64,000 nucleotides of DNA from assembly GCF_006345805.1 (NCBI RefSeq), contig NW_021832985.1, positions 3,732-67,731 of the forward strand, read 5' to 3'. The notes under the pieces are model-generated. The model was not told the DNA's origin, did no database searches, and was given only the letters and a program-made list of their open reading frames with translations. Positions 50,462 through 64,000 of this stretch are shown piece by piece (the stretch's first letter is position 1; every line of letters begins with the position of its first letter). The translations under genes were made by a program, and so were the position numbers. This DNA is from Octopus sinensis. Taxonomy: Eukaryota.

Positions 50462-51584
50462 ATCTAACCCACCTATCCATTTTAGAAACGTTATTCTTAC
50501 AAGCGAGAATTGCATGTTGGTGAAATCAGAAGAATTTTATAAACTCTCGGGAGAATGTGAACATTTTTTGAAAAGGTGAAACTCGAAGTAAATACATCTA
50601 TTAGGAATTTTGTGAAAATGTTAACCCCAGACCCTCCAAAAGAAACAAAATTATTGGACGGAAAAAATCGAAGGCTGTCCGTGATTTAATGTTTTACTAA
50701 AAACTTTCCGCGTTCGCTGCTCTGAAAAAAAAAAAATAAAAAATAATAATAATTCGAAAATATCAAACGAGAAATATTTCAGAATATTTCTGAGTATGCC
50801 AATGTTTAGAACAAATTTCACAGACGGTTTGCGACGTCAATAATGAGACGAGTTTTACTAACAACTCTAGCCAATAATAAAGCCTCCGTTGGACAATTTA
50901 GAAAGTATAACTTTATATAAAGAACATCTTCCAGAATTTGAAAGGGTTGATATCACAATATATACAAATACATAAAACGTATTATTACGATTAATGAAAA
51001 TGAGGCCTCTTTGCTAGCAGATATTCGGTCGAGGATTAAAACTGAATCGTATCGCATCGTCTTCGGATATCTGGTCTCCATCTTTAATTCAGATATGCTC
51101 CCCCCCCACCATCACTCTCTTCCGATATTGAATATATATAATTCATGCACCAATAATGTATGTTAGTACAAAGCCAGTAATTTCGGGGGAGGGCGTAAAT
51201 CGATTACATCAACCTCAGTGCTCAACTGTTAATTATTTCATCGACCCCAAAGGGGACGAAAGGCAAACTCGACCTCGGCGGAATTTGAACGCAGAACGTT
51301 AATACGGACAAAATGCCACCAAGTATTTCGTTCGGCGTGCTAACGTTTCTGCCAGCTCGCTACCTTATTGAAATCTAATCGATTTCTTTCTTTTCCTTAC
51401 TAATCAAAATGCGAAGCCCCGTGACAGTATACTTAAGTTCGAATCCAGTTGACGTTAAATCAATGAAAAGTGACTTTATATTTTCATTAAGTTTCAGTGA
51501 GATGTTGATGTAATCACTCGATACCAGTTATATTCTAGGCTGGTATTAAAAGACAGTAAACCTATATCCAATTCAGAAACGTTG

Positions 51585-51790
51585 GCACGCCGGGCGAAAT
51601 GTGTAGCCGTATTTCGTCTGCCGTTACGTTCTGAGTTCAAATTCCGCCGAGGTCGACTTTGCCTTTCATCCTTTCGGGGTCGATAAATTAAGTACCAGTT
51701 ACGCACTGGGGTCGATGTAATCGACTTAATCCGTGTGTCTGTCCTTGTTTATCCCCTCTGCGTTTAGCCCCTTGTGGGTAGTAAAGAAAT
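51585..51790 (+). mobile_element. SINE family A monomer (one full concatemer unit)
   Basis: cgccgggcgaaatg...gagttcaaattccgccgagg...cttgtgggtagtaaagaaata. Confidence 0.85.
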
Positions 51791-52795
51791 ATATATCCAA
51801 TTCTCAAATACGGATATTTCACCTGCTCTGCTAGAATCGGTAGCAGAGTGGTGGGTAAAACATCTTGTGGAATTTACATTTATCCTTTTAGGGTCACGAG
51901 TTATTTTATGCTTGTTTTGTTTAAATCTCTCCCCACAAACCGACTAAATCTTCCGGGACAGATAAAATAATAACCATTTGAGATTAAAGGCGAGCTTAGC
52001 GTTCAATACACGAAGACGGTGGATACCCCGTCGTTTTCGACGATGATCATTTAGTTCGATTAACTAAACCTGCTCATTGTATAAGCGCGCAAGTGGTTGA
52101 GTATTTCACAGACATGTGTCCTCTTAACATTATTAAGCAGAACCAATGTAGGTGGTTCAGGTTAAATTTGATACATTCCTTCTAACGGAATTCTGAACGA
52201 GCATCCACACCTCCACCTGTGTCTACTTCACCCCTCTCCAATATTCCTGATGGCTAGAGTAACTGCACTGGCCCAACATGTTACGTAGTGGTCTTGAACC
52301 CGGAATTCCATGGGTGCCCACTCGGCCATATCTAACATCATAGACTGGTGCCTCCACGTAAAGAAACAACAATACAATATTTTTGGTGTCAAGCTGATTG
52401 GCAGAAACGGTAGAACGGTGGCTCAAAATATCGATATGTATTGATGACTTTCGAACTGTAACATTCAGGTTTCAAATCAAAGCAGGGAATTGCGTTTTTG
52501 AATTTTCTCCATCACACTTGACTTCATTATTCCGGATCGAAACGCAGTAAGTACCAGAAATATATTGAGATTGAATCGACTGATTATAGCTTCTCCACTA
52601 CGAAGGAAGGAGGGAGACAGAAGGTTTGGTTGCGTGAGAGAGAAGAGAGAGAGAGGAAAAGAAGGAGAGAGAGAGAGAAAGGAAAAGAGAGAGAGAGAAA
52701 GGAAAAGAAATGGAGAGAGAGAGAGAGGCAGAGAAGACAGAGGAAAGTGAAGAGACAGAGGAGAGAGAGTGCATGTTTGAAACAGATAGTGTGTG

Positions 52796-52878
<83 letters not shown>

Positions 52879-53892
52879 GTTAAATGAGAGACAGACAAAG
52901 CTGTGTGTGTGAGATAGAAGAGACGAGAGAGAGAGAGAGAGAGAGGAAGTAAGAACTGTGTGACCGAATTCTTCAGCTAAATATTACACCGTAACATACC
53001 TCCACATCCATCCACTCACTCTCTCTCCAGAGAGTGAATAGGAGGTGTCTGATTATGTGGAGAGGGGAAAACGACACACCCTTTCCCAACCTCCCAAACA
53101 ACATGACTACCCTTCTTTACCATTTTTTTTCCTTTTTCTTTTCTCCCCACCCTGAACACATCTACCTACCCGCTTATCTTTACATCTACCCACCTATACA
53201 TTTACCTACCTACCTTCTCACTAACCTCACACTTATCCATCTATCTACCTTTCTCTCCACAATCCCCACGCCCCCACCCCATCAATTCACCCCACAAACA
53301 AAACAGATTCACATGAAAACTCAGTCCTTAAGCTAACCACCCCCACCACCATCCAGTCAGTACCCGGTTGCGTCTCGCTTCCTTTACTCCATCTCAACCA
53401 ACCTCGGCCATACCCGATTCATCATTCACTCCGTTGCTACCCTTTATATAAAACACACACACACACACACAAACGCGCGCACACGCCGTTTCTCCGTGCT
53501 ACCTTAGCCTCTAACCCGACCTCACACATTGTTTTCCCCCACTCCCGTTCTTCACTTCCATCCTTACCAATATTGGCACCATCACCACTACGACGACCAC
53601 CCTAAAGAAATCCACCTCCATCTCACACAACCGAACACTTACTATAATATACTCCTCCTCCTCCTCCTCCTTCACAACCAATCATAAGCAGATTACTTGT
53701 TCGTTTCTTTTCTCCTCCCCCTCCCTCAAATACACTGCATTTTTTTTTTGTTTTTTCATTTCGAAAACTTTCTCATTTTGCTTCCGCCTGTCCCTTGTTA
53801 CTCACACAAGATAACTACTGTTCCATAACTGATTATATATATAATATATATATATAGTATATATAGTATATAGTATATATAGTATATATGGA

Positions 53893-54248
53893 ATGGAAGC
53901 ACTCCGTCGGTTACGACGACGAGGGTTCCGGTTGATCCGAATCAACGGAACAGCCTGCTCGTGAAATTAACGTGTAAGTGGCTGAGCACTCCACAGACAC
54001 GTGTACCCTTAACGTAGTTCTCGGGGATATTCAGCGTGACACAGAGAGTGACAAGGCCGGCCCTTTGAAATACAGGTACAACAGAAACAGGAAGTAAGAG
54101 TGAGAGAAAGTTGTGGTGAAAGAGTACAGCAGGGATCACCACCATCCCCTGCCGGAGCCTCGTGGAGCTTTAGGTGTTTTCGCTCAATAAACACTCACAA
54201 CGCCCGGTCTGGGAATCGAAACCGCGATCCTATGACCGCGAGTCCGCT
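53893..54248 (-). mobile_element. Chimeric SINE with a family C head and a different 3' half
   Basis: 54080-54248 matches the 27700-27993 head region; 53893-54080 instead resembles the cactccgtcggtt...ttcagcgtgacacaga tail of the 1090-1318 family. Confidence 0.65.
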
Positions 54249-55729
54249 ATATATACACATATACACATACGCTATATATATATATACACACACACATACA
54301 TACACACATACATACATACACGCACACATACAGGTGTGTGTGTGATATTGTAAGAAGTTTGCTTCTTAACTACATGGTTCCGGGTTCCGTCCCACTGCAT
54401 GGTTTCTCCTAAAGCACCACCGGTCGACCACAGCCTTTTGAGTGGATTTAGTTGTCGGAAACTGAAGGAATCCCGACGCGCGCGCGTGTGTGTGTGCATG
54501 TATCTTCACATGCATACATACAGGTTATCATGTATCAGGAATTAAATAAAACCCTTACAGAGTGGGAAAAATAATGGGTCGCTGTTTGTCACGTTAATGT
54601 TACGTTCGTAACAGCTAAACTTCGTAGATTGTACTAGTTTACATTCAACCAGGCTATGTTGCACAACCATGCGACCCAGCACACGTCACACCCTGTTCCA
54701 CAATACTTGTTACAGTAGTAACAGCATGTAATGTAGTCTATGTTACATTGCTTACGTTAGATGATTGTTGTTAAGTTACACACGCTGATGTTCCAACTTG
54801 ATACGTGTTCAACATAGTCGCAATTACTTGTCACATGACGTCTTTATGTTGGCGTTCCACATATTAGAAATAACAGTCAGCTCCGTCAAATCACAATTTA
54901 GCAGCTTAAAAATGTCTACACCGACAAACTCGAGCCCGCTATAACAAAAACGCCAGGCTGGAACACCCTTGATCTAAATATTTAGTCAATCAAAATTGAC
55001 CAGCGGTTTAATGACAAAACAAAAGCAACGTAAGTCAATTTTTGATCGGACGTTGGTACAATGTTTTCAGTTTAATACGATGAAGAAACCTTCAAGCAGT
55101 TTCTCATCTTGCCAGAAAGAGCGGTCAAATATCTCTCGTGTGATTTTATTGTTAGAAATAGAGAAAATTTTGAAATATAACCATCATAGACACCCTGAAT
55201 AAGTCTAAGAGTAAAATAGGTGTGATAGTCTTAATGAGAACACTTGATCATAAGGTCTATTCAATGATACTTTGAGGAGGGCTAAACAACAATATCCACA
55301 ATGACAACAACATAATCCAATGTTAGAAAAAGAGAAGGCTTGCGATTTATTCTAACAGAATCAAAGATTTAATTTTTTGTACAGAAACAAGCAAGTGGGT
55401 CATGGCAGTTCTATTTACCCGCATATATTACCGGTACTTTGGATATCACTGATATAGGATCTGAAATGATAATATTGTGGAACAAAAATCAAATGCGGTA
55501 AATTATATATTCCGCTACTCGACTTCTGTCGACTCCAGCCCGGAAACTCGGCCCTTCATTTTCGTGTGGTCGTACGGTAAGAAGTTTGCTTCCCAACCAC
55601 GTGACTCTGGGTTCAGTTCCACTGTGTGGTAACTTGACCACCAAGTGTCCTCTACTATGTAGCTTTGGGCCGCTCGAAGCCTTGTCAGTGGCTTTGGTAG
55701 ATGGAAACCAAAAGAAGCCCGTCGCGTGT

Positions 55730-55772
<43 letters not shown>

Positions 55773-56525
55773 GGTGTGCGTGTGTTCGTGTGCGTGTGTG
55801 CGTGTTTGTCCCCCACCACTGCTTGGCAACCGGTGTTTGTTCGTTTACGGGACTCAGTGGCTCGGCAAAAGAGACGGAATAAGTACCAGGTTTAAAAACA
55901 ATAAGTACTGGAGTCGATTCGTTCGACTAAAAATACTTCAAAGTGGTGCCCCAGAATGGCCGTAATCTAATGACCAGCAATACACACATATCTCCATCAC
56001 ATGCTTGTTTTCTGTATCTGAACAGAAGACCAAAAAAAAATAATAAAAACGAATAAATAAAACATGGCCTGTTTTGTTTTGCCCCAAAAAGTATTAAGGC
56101 GGTCTTGCTTCCTTGCTGTTTTATAAAAGGGTTCTTAATGACGATATGAATACGTTTATGTGTTGCTAACATTTCCCATAGGGGTTACTGTTTTCCAGTT
56201 GCTTGCTGCTCTCGAATTTTCCTGAAAGATTAAGGCGTCACGGTCTGCCTGCTTCTAGCATACCTCCTTCCATGCTAGATTTTTTTAATGTACAGTTTCC
56301 AAATCGCTTGTGGCTTATCATATCAGTGAAAAATACCCTTACGTAAAGTATACACTTACTATCCCTCCCCTCTGTCAATCTATCATACAGGTCCTCAACC
56401 AGCTCTCACTCCATCACTTTCTTTATCTTCCCAATATCTCCCTTACAATTGCTTTCTGTTTTCCAGTAAGTGTCTCTGCGTGAATTAACCCCACCTCTCT
56501 CTCTCTCCATTCATCATATTATATA

Positions 56526-56571
<46 letters not shown>

Positions 56572-57124
56572 TTGAGAGAGGGTGTGTGTGTGTGTGTTTC
56601 TTAATATCCATGGGAGACTTAATTGCAAAAATCAAATTGTGTTGACATAAATGAGTTGAAGAGAAATTAAAAATAGATGGAAAAAACGGAAAAATACGAT
56701 TACATCCACCCAAAGAAAGTAATTCTAACAACACAAGTCCCACACACATTCGTAGATGATTAATTATGTTGTTTTCTTTTATTTTATTAAGCTATTAAAT
56801 CTGGCAGTTAGTATAGCTGAGGAAACCCCAAAAGAGTGTGAAATTAATACGAATACGTGCACTAATACACATCTACACGCACTATACGCATATCTGTATT
56901 ATATACATTCATACAAATGTGTGTGTTTCAGTCATTTGATTCTGGCCATGCTGAGGCACCGCCTAGATGAAGTTTAGTCGAACAAACCAGCTCCAGTAAT
57001 TATTTTCTTGTGCGGTACTAGTTTTATCGGTCACTGTCACAGAACTGCTAGTTTACGGGAATATAAACAAACCAACACTAGCTAAGTGGTGGGAAGGGAT
57101 AAACACGAACGCTCTCTCTAAGTA

Positions 57125-57746
57125 TATGCACACACACACTTATATATATATATGCATACATATATACACCCATACTATATATATATATAAACATACATAC
57201 ATATATATATACACCCATACTATATATATATATACACCCATACTATATATGTATATATATATATATATATATAAACATACATACATATATATACACCCAT
57301 ACTATATATGTATATATATATATAAACATACATACATATATATACACCATACTATATATTATATTATATATATAATAATAAACATACATACATATATATA
57401 CACCCATACTATAATATGTATATATATATATAATAACATACATACATATATATACACCCCTACTATATATGTATATATATATATAAATACATACATATAT
57501 ATATATACATACCCCATACTATATATGTATATATATATATAAACATACATACATATCATACAACACCCATACTATTATATATATGATATATATATATATA
57601 TATATAAACAATAATACATATATATACACCCCATACTATATATGTATATATATATATATATATATAACCTACATACATATATATACACCCATACATATAT
57701 ATATTATATATTATATATTAATAAAACATACATATATATACACCCA

Positions 57747-57782
<36 letters not shown>

Positions 57783-57840
57783 ATACATACATATATACAC
57801 CCATACTATATATGTATATATATATATATATACATATCTA
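57125..57840. repeat. TA-rich minisatellite (about 55-bp period, anchored by cccatactata)
   Basis: At least a dozen recurrences of cacccatactatatat...aaacatacatacata. Confidence 0.85.
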
Positions 57841-58198
57841 TGTGTGTGTGAGAGAAAATGGGTGTAGATGTATATTACGCACATACACACTTATGTGCAT
57901 GTGTGGATAATAATAGACTGTGTGTGTGTATAGATAGCATATGCATGTGATTGTGCTTTTATATATGTATATTGTTTCTGCATTAATTAAAATAATCCGA
58001 AGCTAACTGGTCATCTTAATCGGACTAAATTTGCACAGGTAAACACATACAAACACACATGCCAAGCTGAAATGCTCTTACTCTCTTCGTTAGCGACATC
58101 AAATCCATTGATATCGTGATTTGATTGTGTGTAGTAAATATTGATTGATTAGTGTGTGTGTTTGCGTCCTTTAGAAAAAATTAAAAAGTGACAGCATA

Positions 58199-58258
<60 letters not shown>

Positions 58259-58708
58259 GTGTGTGTGTGTGTGTGTGTACACATCCATACAGGAGAGAGA
58301 AGAGAAAAGTGAGAGATGTGAAATATAAAACCAGAGCTGCTCAGTCCGCCGCAGAAACTTCAATAGCAACTCAGACGTATTACAAGCTCTTCTGGTGGTG
58401 ATGATTAAATCCATCTCAATATCGGAAACCCTTCTAAGGGTCGCAAGCGTTCTGCTCATCTTAGCCCGTCTGCTTCACCTGAATTAGCTTTCACTTTCCA
58501 TCTTGACAAGCCTGTTGTCAAGCATACACACCTTGAACTGCTCTTAACCATCTTGGCTAAAGCTCTTTGATGGTTGCACTGAACGTTCCTGGTTTATTAA
58601 TTCATTCCGTGGTCTGTGACAATGCTTAAGGTTTGGTAGGAGTATCGCTTTTAGAAATAAATGTTCTTTTGTATCTATTGTAGTTGCCTCTGTGTGCGCG
58701 CGCGCGCG

Positions 58709-58761
<53 letters not shown>

Positions 58762-58883
58762 CGGATGCTTTCTTGGTTATTATTTTGTTTTACTTATTTC
58801 AGCCATTAAACCGATCATGCTGGGTCACCACACTGAAGTTTGTTTAGTCGAGCAAATCGTTCCCAATATTTATTTTAAGTATA

Positions 58884-60000
58884 TAGGGTCATCACAAGAG
58901 ATTTTATTAAACTTTTATTTTTCAAAATTAAGATAAAGTTCATTTTTGACCTAAAATATACTCTCCATTTTCTACAATGCTTTTCCATCTATCTGGTAGA
59001 CTTGCAAGGCCCCTCTTCTAAAATTCACTTGTCCGTGACCAAAAATACTCCTCCAGTACTCTTCTCACCTCGTCTACAGAGTTCATAATTTTTCCGTCCA
59101 AATGATTTTGAAGACTGTGGAATAGATGACAATCAGATGGGGAAATGTCCAGTGCATACGATCGGTGGGGCATCGTTTCCCATTGAAACTGCTCCAGCCT
59201 TTGGAATGTCATCCTTGCTGTATGTGGCCGAGCCTTATCCTAACAGAACATCTTTCGTCTTGAACCGAAGATAATCATTTTTCTTCTGACTTAATCCGCT
59301 CAAGCTGGTCGCAGTAAATCTTTGTTATCGTTTGGTTTGGGTTTAAAAAGTTCAAAGGGGATAAAACCTTTCATATCTTACCAAACAGATAACAGTACCT
59401 TGAGTGGGTGAAGACCTTTAACCTGTCTTCGGTGTTTGACATTTTTATAGAGAACTCATTTCTCGTAACCAGTCACTATTCGGACTAAAAAAGGTTCGTT
59501 CGTGAAACGTGACAGGAGAGAAGAGCACACATTCACTGCGCGGGATTAGACTTGGAAAGTTTGTGAGGAACCCATTGACCCAATTTGCCGATTTTTCCGA
59601 AGGTTGAATGACCAAATCCAAGATTCTCTGCTAGATACTCAGCAGTTACGATGGGATTTTGTTCCACCAGGGTTGGTAGGATATCCCCGTCGTGCTCTAC
59701 AGATCTTCCAGGACAATGTTCGTTTTCTCGGATGTGGTTTCCGGTTCGGAATTTCTGGAACCACCGTTGACACTGGCATACGCTTATTATCCGACCATCA
59801 TATACTGCATTAATATTCCTCGCACTTTCCGTTGCATTGTTGCCTTTATTAAACTCAATGAAAAATATGCCGAATATGCTATGTCACTTCCATTTTACTA
59901 CCTGCTTTTACAGCAAGTTTATGCAGATAGTTTATTCCGTTCCATTCGAATTTTATAGTCAATGCAATTGAAAGAAAAATCACATTATGGGATGACCCAA
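58884..60000 (-). mobile_element. Near full-length decayed mariner transposon
   Basis: TA-flanked degenerate TIRs (TAGGGTCATCACAAGAGATTT and TTGGGTCATCCCATAATGTGATTT). N-terminus HIRHIFFIEFNKGNNATESARNINAVYG..CQRWFQKFRTGN; C-terminus WETMPHRSYALDISPSDCHLFHSLQNHLDGK. Confidence 0.9.
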
Positions 60001-60184
60001 TATTTATTCAATCCTACACAGTGTGCCAAGCTGTGGTGGTGGTGGAGAAAACAAGGACACACGGACAAGGGGCTTCTACTGTAGATTTTTCAACATCGGA
60101 GCAATTACCAAAATAATCATTTCAGTTTCTCTTCTCACTCTGTGACAGAGAGAGGTGTTGCATGTAAAGTCTGATTAAGTACAA

Positions 60185-60840
60185 GTATGCGTGTGAGTGC
60201 GTATATGTGTGCGTGTGCGTGAGTGCGTGTATGTGTGTGCGTGAGTGCGTGTATGTGTGTGCGTGAGTGCGTGTATGTGTGTGCGTGAGTGCGTGTATGT
60301 GTGTGAGTGAGTGCGTGTATGTGTGTGAGTGAGTGCGTGTATGTGTGTGAGTGAGTGCGCGTGTGTGAGTGAGTGCGCGTGTGCGAGTGCGTGTGCGAGT
60401 GCGAGTGCGTGTGTGAGTGAGTGGCGAGTGCGTGTGTGAGTGCGTGTGTGAGTGCGTGTGTGAGTGCGTGTGTGAGTGCGTGTGTGAGTGCGTGTGTGTG
60501 TGCGTGTGTGAGTGCGTGTGTGAGTGCGTGTGTGAGTGCGTGTGTGAGTGCGTGTGTGAGTGCGTGTGTGAGTGCGTGTGTGAGTGAGTGCGTGTGTGAG
60601 TGAGTGCGTGTGTGAGTGAGTGCGTGTGGAGTGAGTGCGTGTGTGAGTGCGTGTGTGAGTGAGTGCGTGGTGAGTGCGTGTGTGAGTGCGTGTGTGAGTG
60701 CGTGTGTGAGTGCGTGTGTGAGTGCGTGTGTGAGTGCGTGTGTGAGTGCGTGCGTGAGTGAGTGCGTGCGTGTGTGAGTGCGTGCGTGTGTGAGTGCGTG
60801 TGTGAGTGCGTGTGCAGTGTGTGCGTGCGTGCGTACGAGT
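60185..60840. repeat. 12-bp satellite (GAGTGCGTGTGT)n
   Basis: Directly visible. Confidence 0.95.
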
Positions 60841-61227
60841 ATGTGTGCGTGTGTGTACGCTAGAGCACAGCCCTTGAAGATTTCTTAATCGAACGAATCG
60901 ACCCCAATACAATCTTTTTTAAAGCTTGCTACTTATTCTATCGGTGACTTTTGCTGAACCGCAAATGCTACAAGAACGTAAACACACCAACACCGGTCCT
61001 CAGACTGTGGGGTGGGGTGGAGGGACAAACACAAAGATACAATATGTATACACACACAACAGGACGAGATTCCTTCAGTTTCCGTCTACAAAATCCACCC
61101 ACAAGGATTTGTCGACCGATGCTATAAAGATACTTGACCAAGGTGCCACTGAGTTGGACTGAACCCGAAACAATGTGGTTGGGAAGTACACATCTTATCA
61201 CACAGCCACGCCTACTGTGTGCATGTG

Positions 61228-61261
<34 letters not shown>

Positions 61262-61564
61262 GTGCAAGCTGCTTATATGTAATGTGAACCAGTTATTGTT
61301 ATGGAAAAGGCTCCGCCCCAAATGATCACAATAAGCGGCTTTTATATTTTGTGTGTTTGTGCGTGCGCGCCCCCAGAGCTCCCCCCCTCCACCAATATAG
61401 CAACAACAACAATAAGACGATGACGGTTTGGAACCTAATTCCGCTTAGTTGTTGAGTAAGTTATTTTCTCTTTTAAGTCGGTCAGATGGTTGGGTCGAGG
61501 TGAGGGTATGTGTGTGGGCTTGCTTGCTTAAATGTGTGTGTGCGCCTAAGTGCTTGCTTGAGTG

Positions 61565-61572
61565 AAAGAGAG

Positions 61573-61655
<83 letters not shown>

Positions 61656-62172
61656 GCGTGTGGTGTGGAGAGAGAGGCGTTTGTGTGTGTGTGAGAGAGA
61701 GCGTGTGTGTGTGAGAGAGAGAGAGCGTGCGTGTGTGTGAGAGAGAGAGAGAGAGAGCGGAGTGCGTTGCGTGTGTGAGAGAGAGAGAGAGAGCCGTGCG
61801 TGTGTGGAGAGAGAGAGAGAGAGCGGTGCGTGTGTTGTGTGGAGAGAGAGAGAGAGAGCGTGCGTGTGTGAGAGAGAGAGAGAGAGAGCGTGCGTGTGTG
61901 AGAGAGAGAGCGTGCGTGCGTGTGTGAGAGAGAGAGCGTGCGTGTGTGTGAGAGAGAGAGAGCGCGCGTGGTGGAGAAGAGAGAGCGTGCGTGTGTGTGA
62001 GAGAGAGAGAGCGTGCGTGTGTGTGAGAGAGAGCGTGCGAGAGAGAGAGAGCGTGCGAGAGAGAGAGAGCGTGCGAGAGAGAGAGAGCGTGCGAGAGAGA
62101 GAGAGCGTGCGAGAGAGAGCGTGCGAGAGAGAGCGTGCGAGAGAGAGCGCGCGAGAGAGAGAGAGAGCGTGC

Positions 62173-62210
<38 letters not shown>

Positions 62211-62430
62211 TGTGTGTGTGTGTGCGCGAGAGAGATAGGGAGAGTGCGGGAGAGAGAGAGAGGGAGAGTGCGCGCGAGAGAGAGTGCGAGAGTGTGTGAG
62301 AGAGAGAGAGAGAGTGTATGTGTGTGCGAGAGAGAGAGAGAGAGTGTATGTGTGTGTGCGAGAGAGAGAGAGAGTTCGAGAGAGAGAGAGAGAAAGAGTG
62401 CGAGAGAGAGAGAGAAAGAAAGAAAGAGAG
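61565..62430. repeat. (GT)n/(GA)n/(GCGT) compound repeat
   Basis: Directly visible. Confidence 0.95.
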
Positions 62431-63102
62431 AGTGTTTGTTTGCTTGTGTTAAGTGTGCGCTATGAGTGCAGTATATGTTAGTGCATGCGTCCTTGCCAAT
62501 AATCAAGTGATTCAAAGATTTGTATGTCGATTGACTTTGAGCGTGTCACTCCAAATAGGCCAGTGCAAGGTTACAGTGAGGAACCGTATTGGTTGAAGGT
62601 AATATAGCGCCACTTCGTCACAGATGGCTTTGTGAGCGTAAGCGTGTGCTGGCATCTTTTATCTTTATATTCTACTGGTTTCAGTCGTTGGATTGCGGCC
62701 ATGCTGCAGCACCACCACCTTAAATGGTTAAGCCGAAAAGTTGACCTCAGTACTCATTTAGCAAACCAACAATGATTATCAAGCGGTTGGGAAACAAACA
62801 CAAAGACAAACACGCGCACACACAACGGGCTTCTACGCAGTTTTCTGTTACCAAATTCACTCACAAGGCTTTGGGCGGTTCAGAGCCTATGGTAGAAGGC
62901 AGTTGTCCAAGGTGCCGCGCAGTGGAACTGAACCCAAAACCATAAGGCTGGAACGTAAGCTTCTTCATCACACAGCCATATCTGCCATGACTTTTCATCG
63001 ACATCTTTCTCTCAAACATCCTCTTTGCGACCCTCCTCCAAAAACAACAACAACAACAACAGAAAAGAGTTCTGCAATGAACCCGCCAAAAAACTTTTGT
63101 AT

Positions 63103-63481
63103 TTTTACCTCCGCCTTAGCGAAGACATTTGTTTTCATTCGCGATTGTGTGTCCACGGACAAGATATCTCAAAAACTGCTGGATAAATTTGGATGAAATT
63201 TTCAGGGATGTTTGGCCTCGTGACTAGCACGAACGAATTAGATTTGGGGATCGATAGGTACCGGACAAGGATTCTAGATTATTTTTCCTGTCTTTTTTTT
63301 TTTTTTTTTTTTTTTTTGCTTAAGTTTTTAGAGTGGTCGGGTTCATTTTTAGTTTCTTCGTGTTTGAGAGCAGTCGAGTTTATTTCAGATATTATCATTT
63401 TAAAAATCAACTTCGGTTAATCATTGCGAGGATATTGGTGTTGCCTTGGAGGAGGTTTGCGCTCTCCGAGTGCTCTTGTTT
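63103..63481 (+). mobile_element. HINE/DINE-1-like non-autonomous Helentron
   Basis: 5' tttacctccgcc subterminal repeat, 3' ggaggaggt partner, 3' hairpin gcgctctccgagtgc, ending ctcttgtt in T-rich context. Confidence 0.75.
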
Positions 63482-64000
63482 AAAACTATATTTTAGAGAA
63501 AAGTTTCTTCCGATTTCTGTTTGAGCACTGGAAATTATTCTATAAAAAGGAAAACAATTCACATTCATGACTGAAGGGAGTCTTTACCCTATACTGACAA
63601 AATTATTGTATAAAACGCCGCGCCAAGATATATATATTAGTGAAGTAATAAATCCGTCAAATATGACTGGGTTTATTTCCAGGGTGTAACAGACAGTAGG
63701 TTTGGCTTTTAGAGAGATAAGATAGCAAAGCTGATGATGGGGAGAAAAGAATGGGGAGAAAAGAGCTGCTAATGTGTGGAATCAAAATTAATTTCTTAAT
63801 CGTTCAATTATCTATCTACAAATCTTAATGAATAAAATTTCTGCAGTTGGTGAAAAGGAAAATATCGACTTCTAAATTAGAATAATAGAACCGATTGGCA
63901 ATCTCACTTTATCACCAGATTCGTTTACTACACAATAAAGTGTACAACTAAGTATATATGTGTGCGTGTGCTATTCCTGTAGCGTGTCAGCATCAAAAGT

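Noticed and set aside
55060-55160. Minus-strand peptide ...KLLEGFFIVLN* resembling the ASMT 'NGF' helix
   Set aside because: No in-frame ATG or acceptor and no credible donor; probably chance.
61310-61400. GC-box, TATAAAA (minus strand) and CCAAT cluster as the ASMT-like promoter
   Set aside because: Element order and spacing are atypical, and no downstream exon or donor was found.
2742-62515. Numerous long ORFs rich in I/N/Y/H/T/C/V/R/E/S/L in the ORF track
   Set aside because: They are translations of (AAT)n, (TA)n, (CA)n, (GA)n and (TACA)n repeats that lack stops by composition; no domain content.

Overview
AT-rich, microsatellite-dense animal genomic DNA; the SINE and repeat content suggests an octopod cephalopod (inference, not verified). 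One protein-coding gene is well supported: a minus-strand class I SAM-dependent O-methyltransferase of the ASMT/HIOMT family. Six GT-AG, phase-compatible exons (41918-41750, 40538-40398, 39155-38766, 37438-37298, 36336-36214, 35254-35031) splice into one 1188-nt frame of 395 aa plus stop; the first coding exon was not located. The protein carries an unexpected ~67-aa Asn-Gly/Thr/His-rich insert between the dimerisation and SAM-binding domains, and has altered active-site motifs (GNFF, HDM). The rest is mostly transposon debris: R4/Dong-clade LINE fragments clustered in (TAA)n tracts, a non-coding ~550-bp element that also sits in (TAA)n, mariner elements (one foldback, one near full length), a Tc1/mariner MITE, non-autonomous Helitrons and a HINE, Penelope and RTE fragments, and several tRNA-derived SINE families (some concatemerised, nested or chimeric). 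A 1.37-kb GC-rich triplet array hides a start-less Gly/Ser reading frame. Most ORF-track entries are simple-repeat artefacts. No CRISPR array, rRNA or intact tRNA was seen. Coordinates were read by eye; repeat boundaries are approximate.
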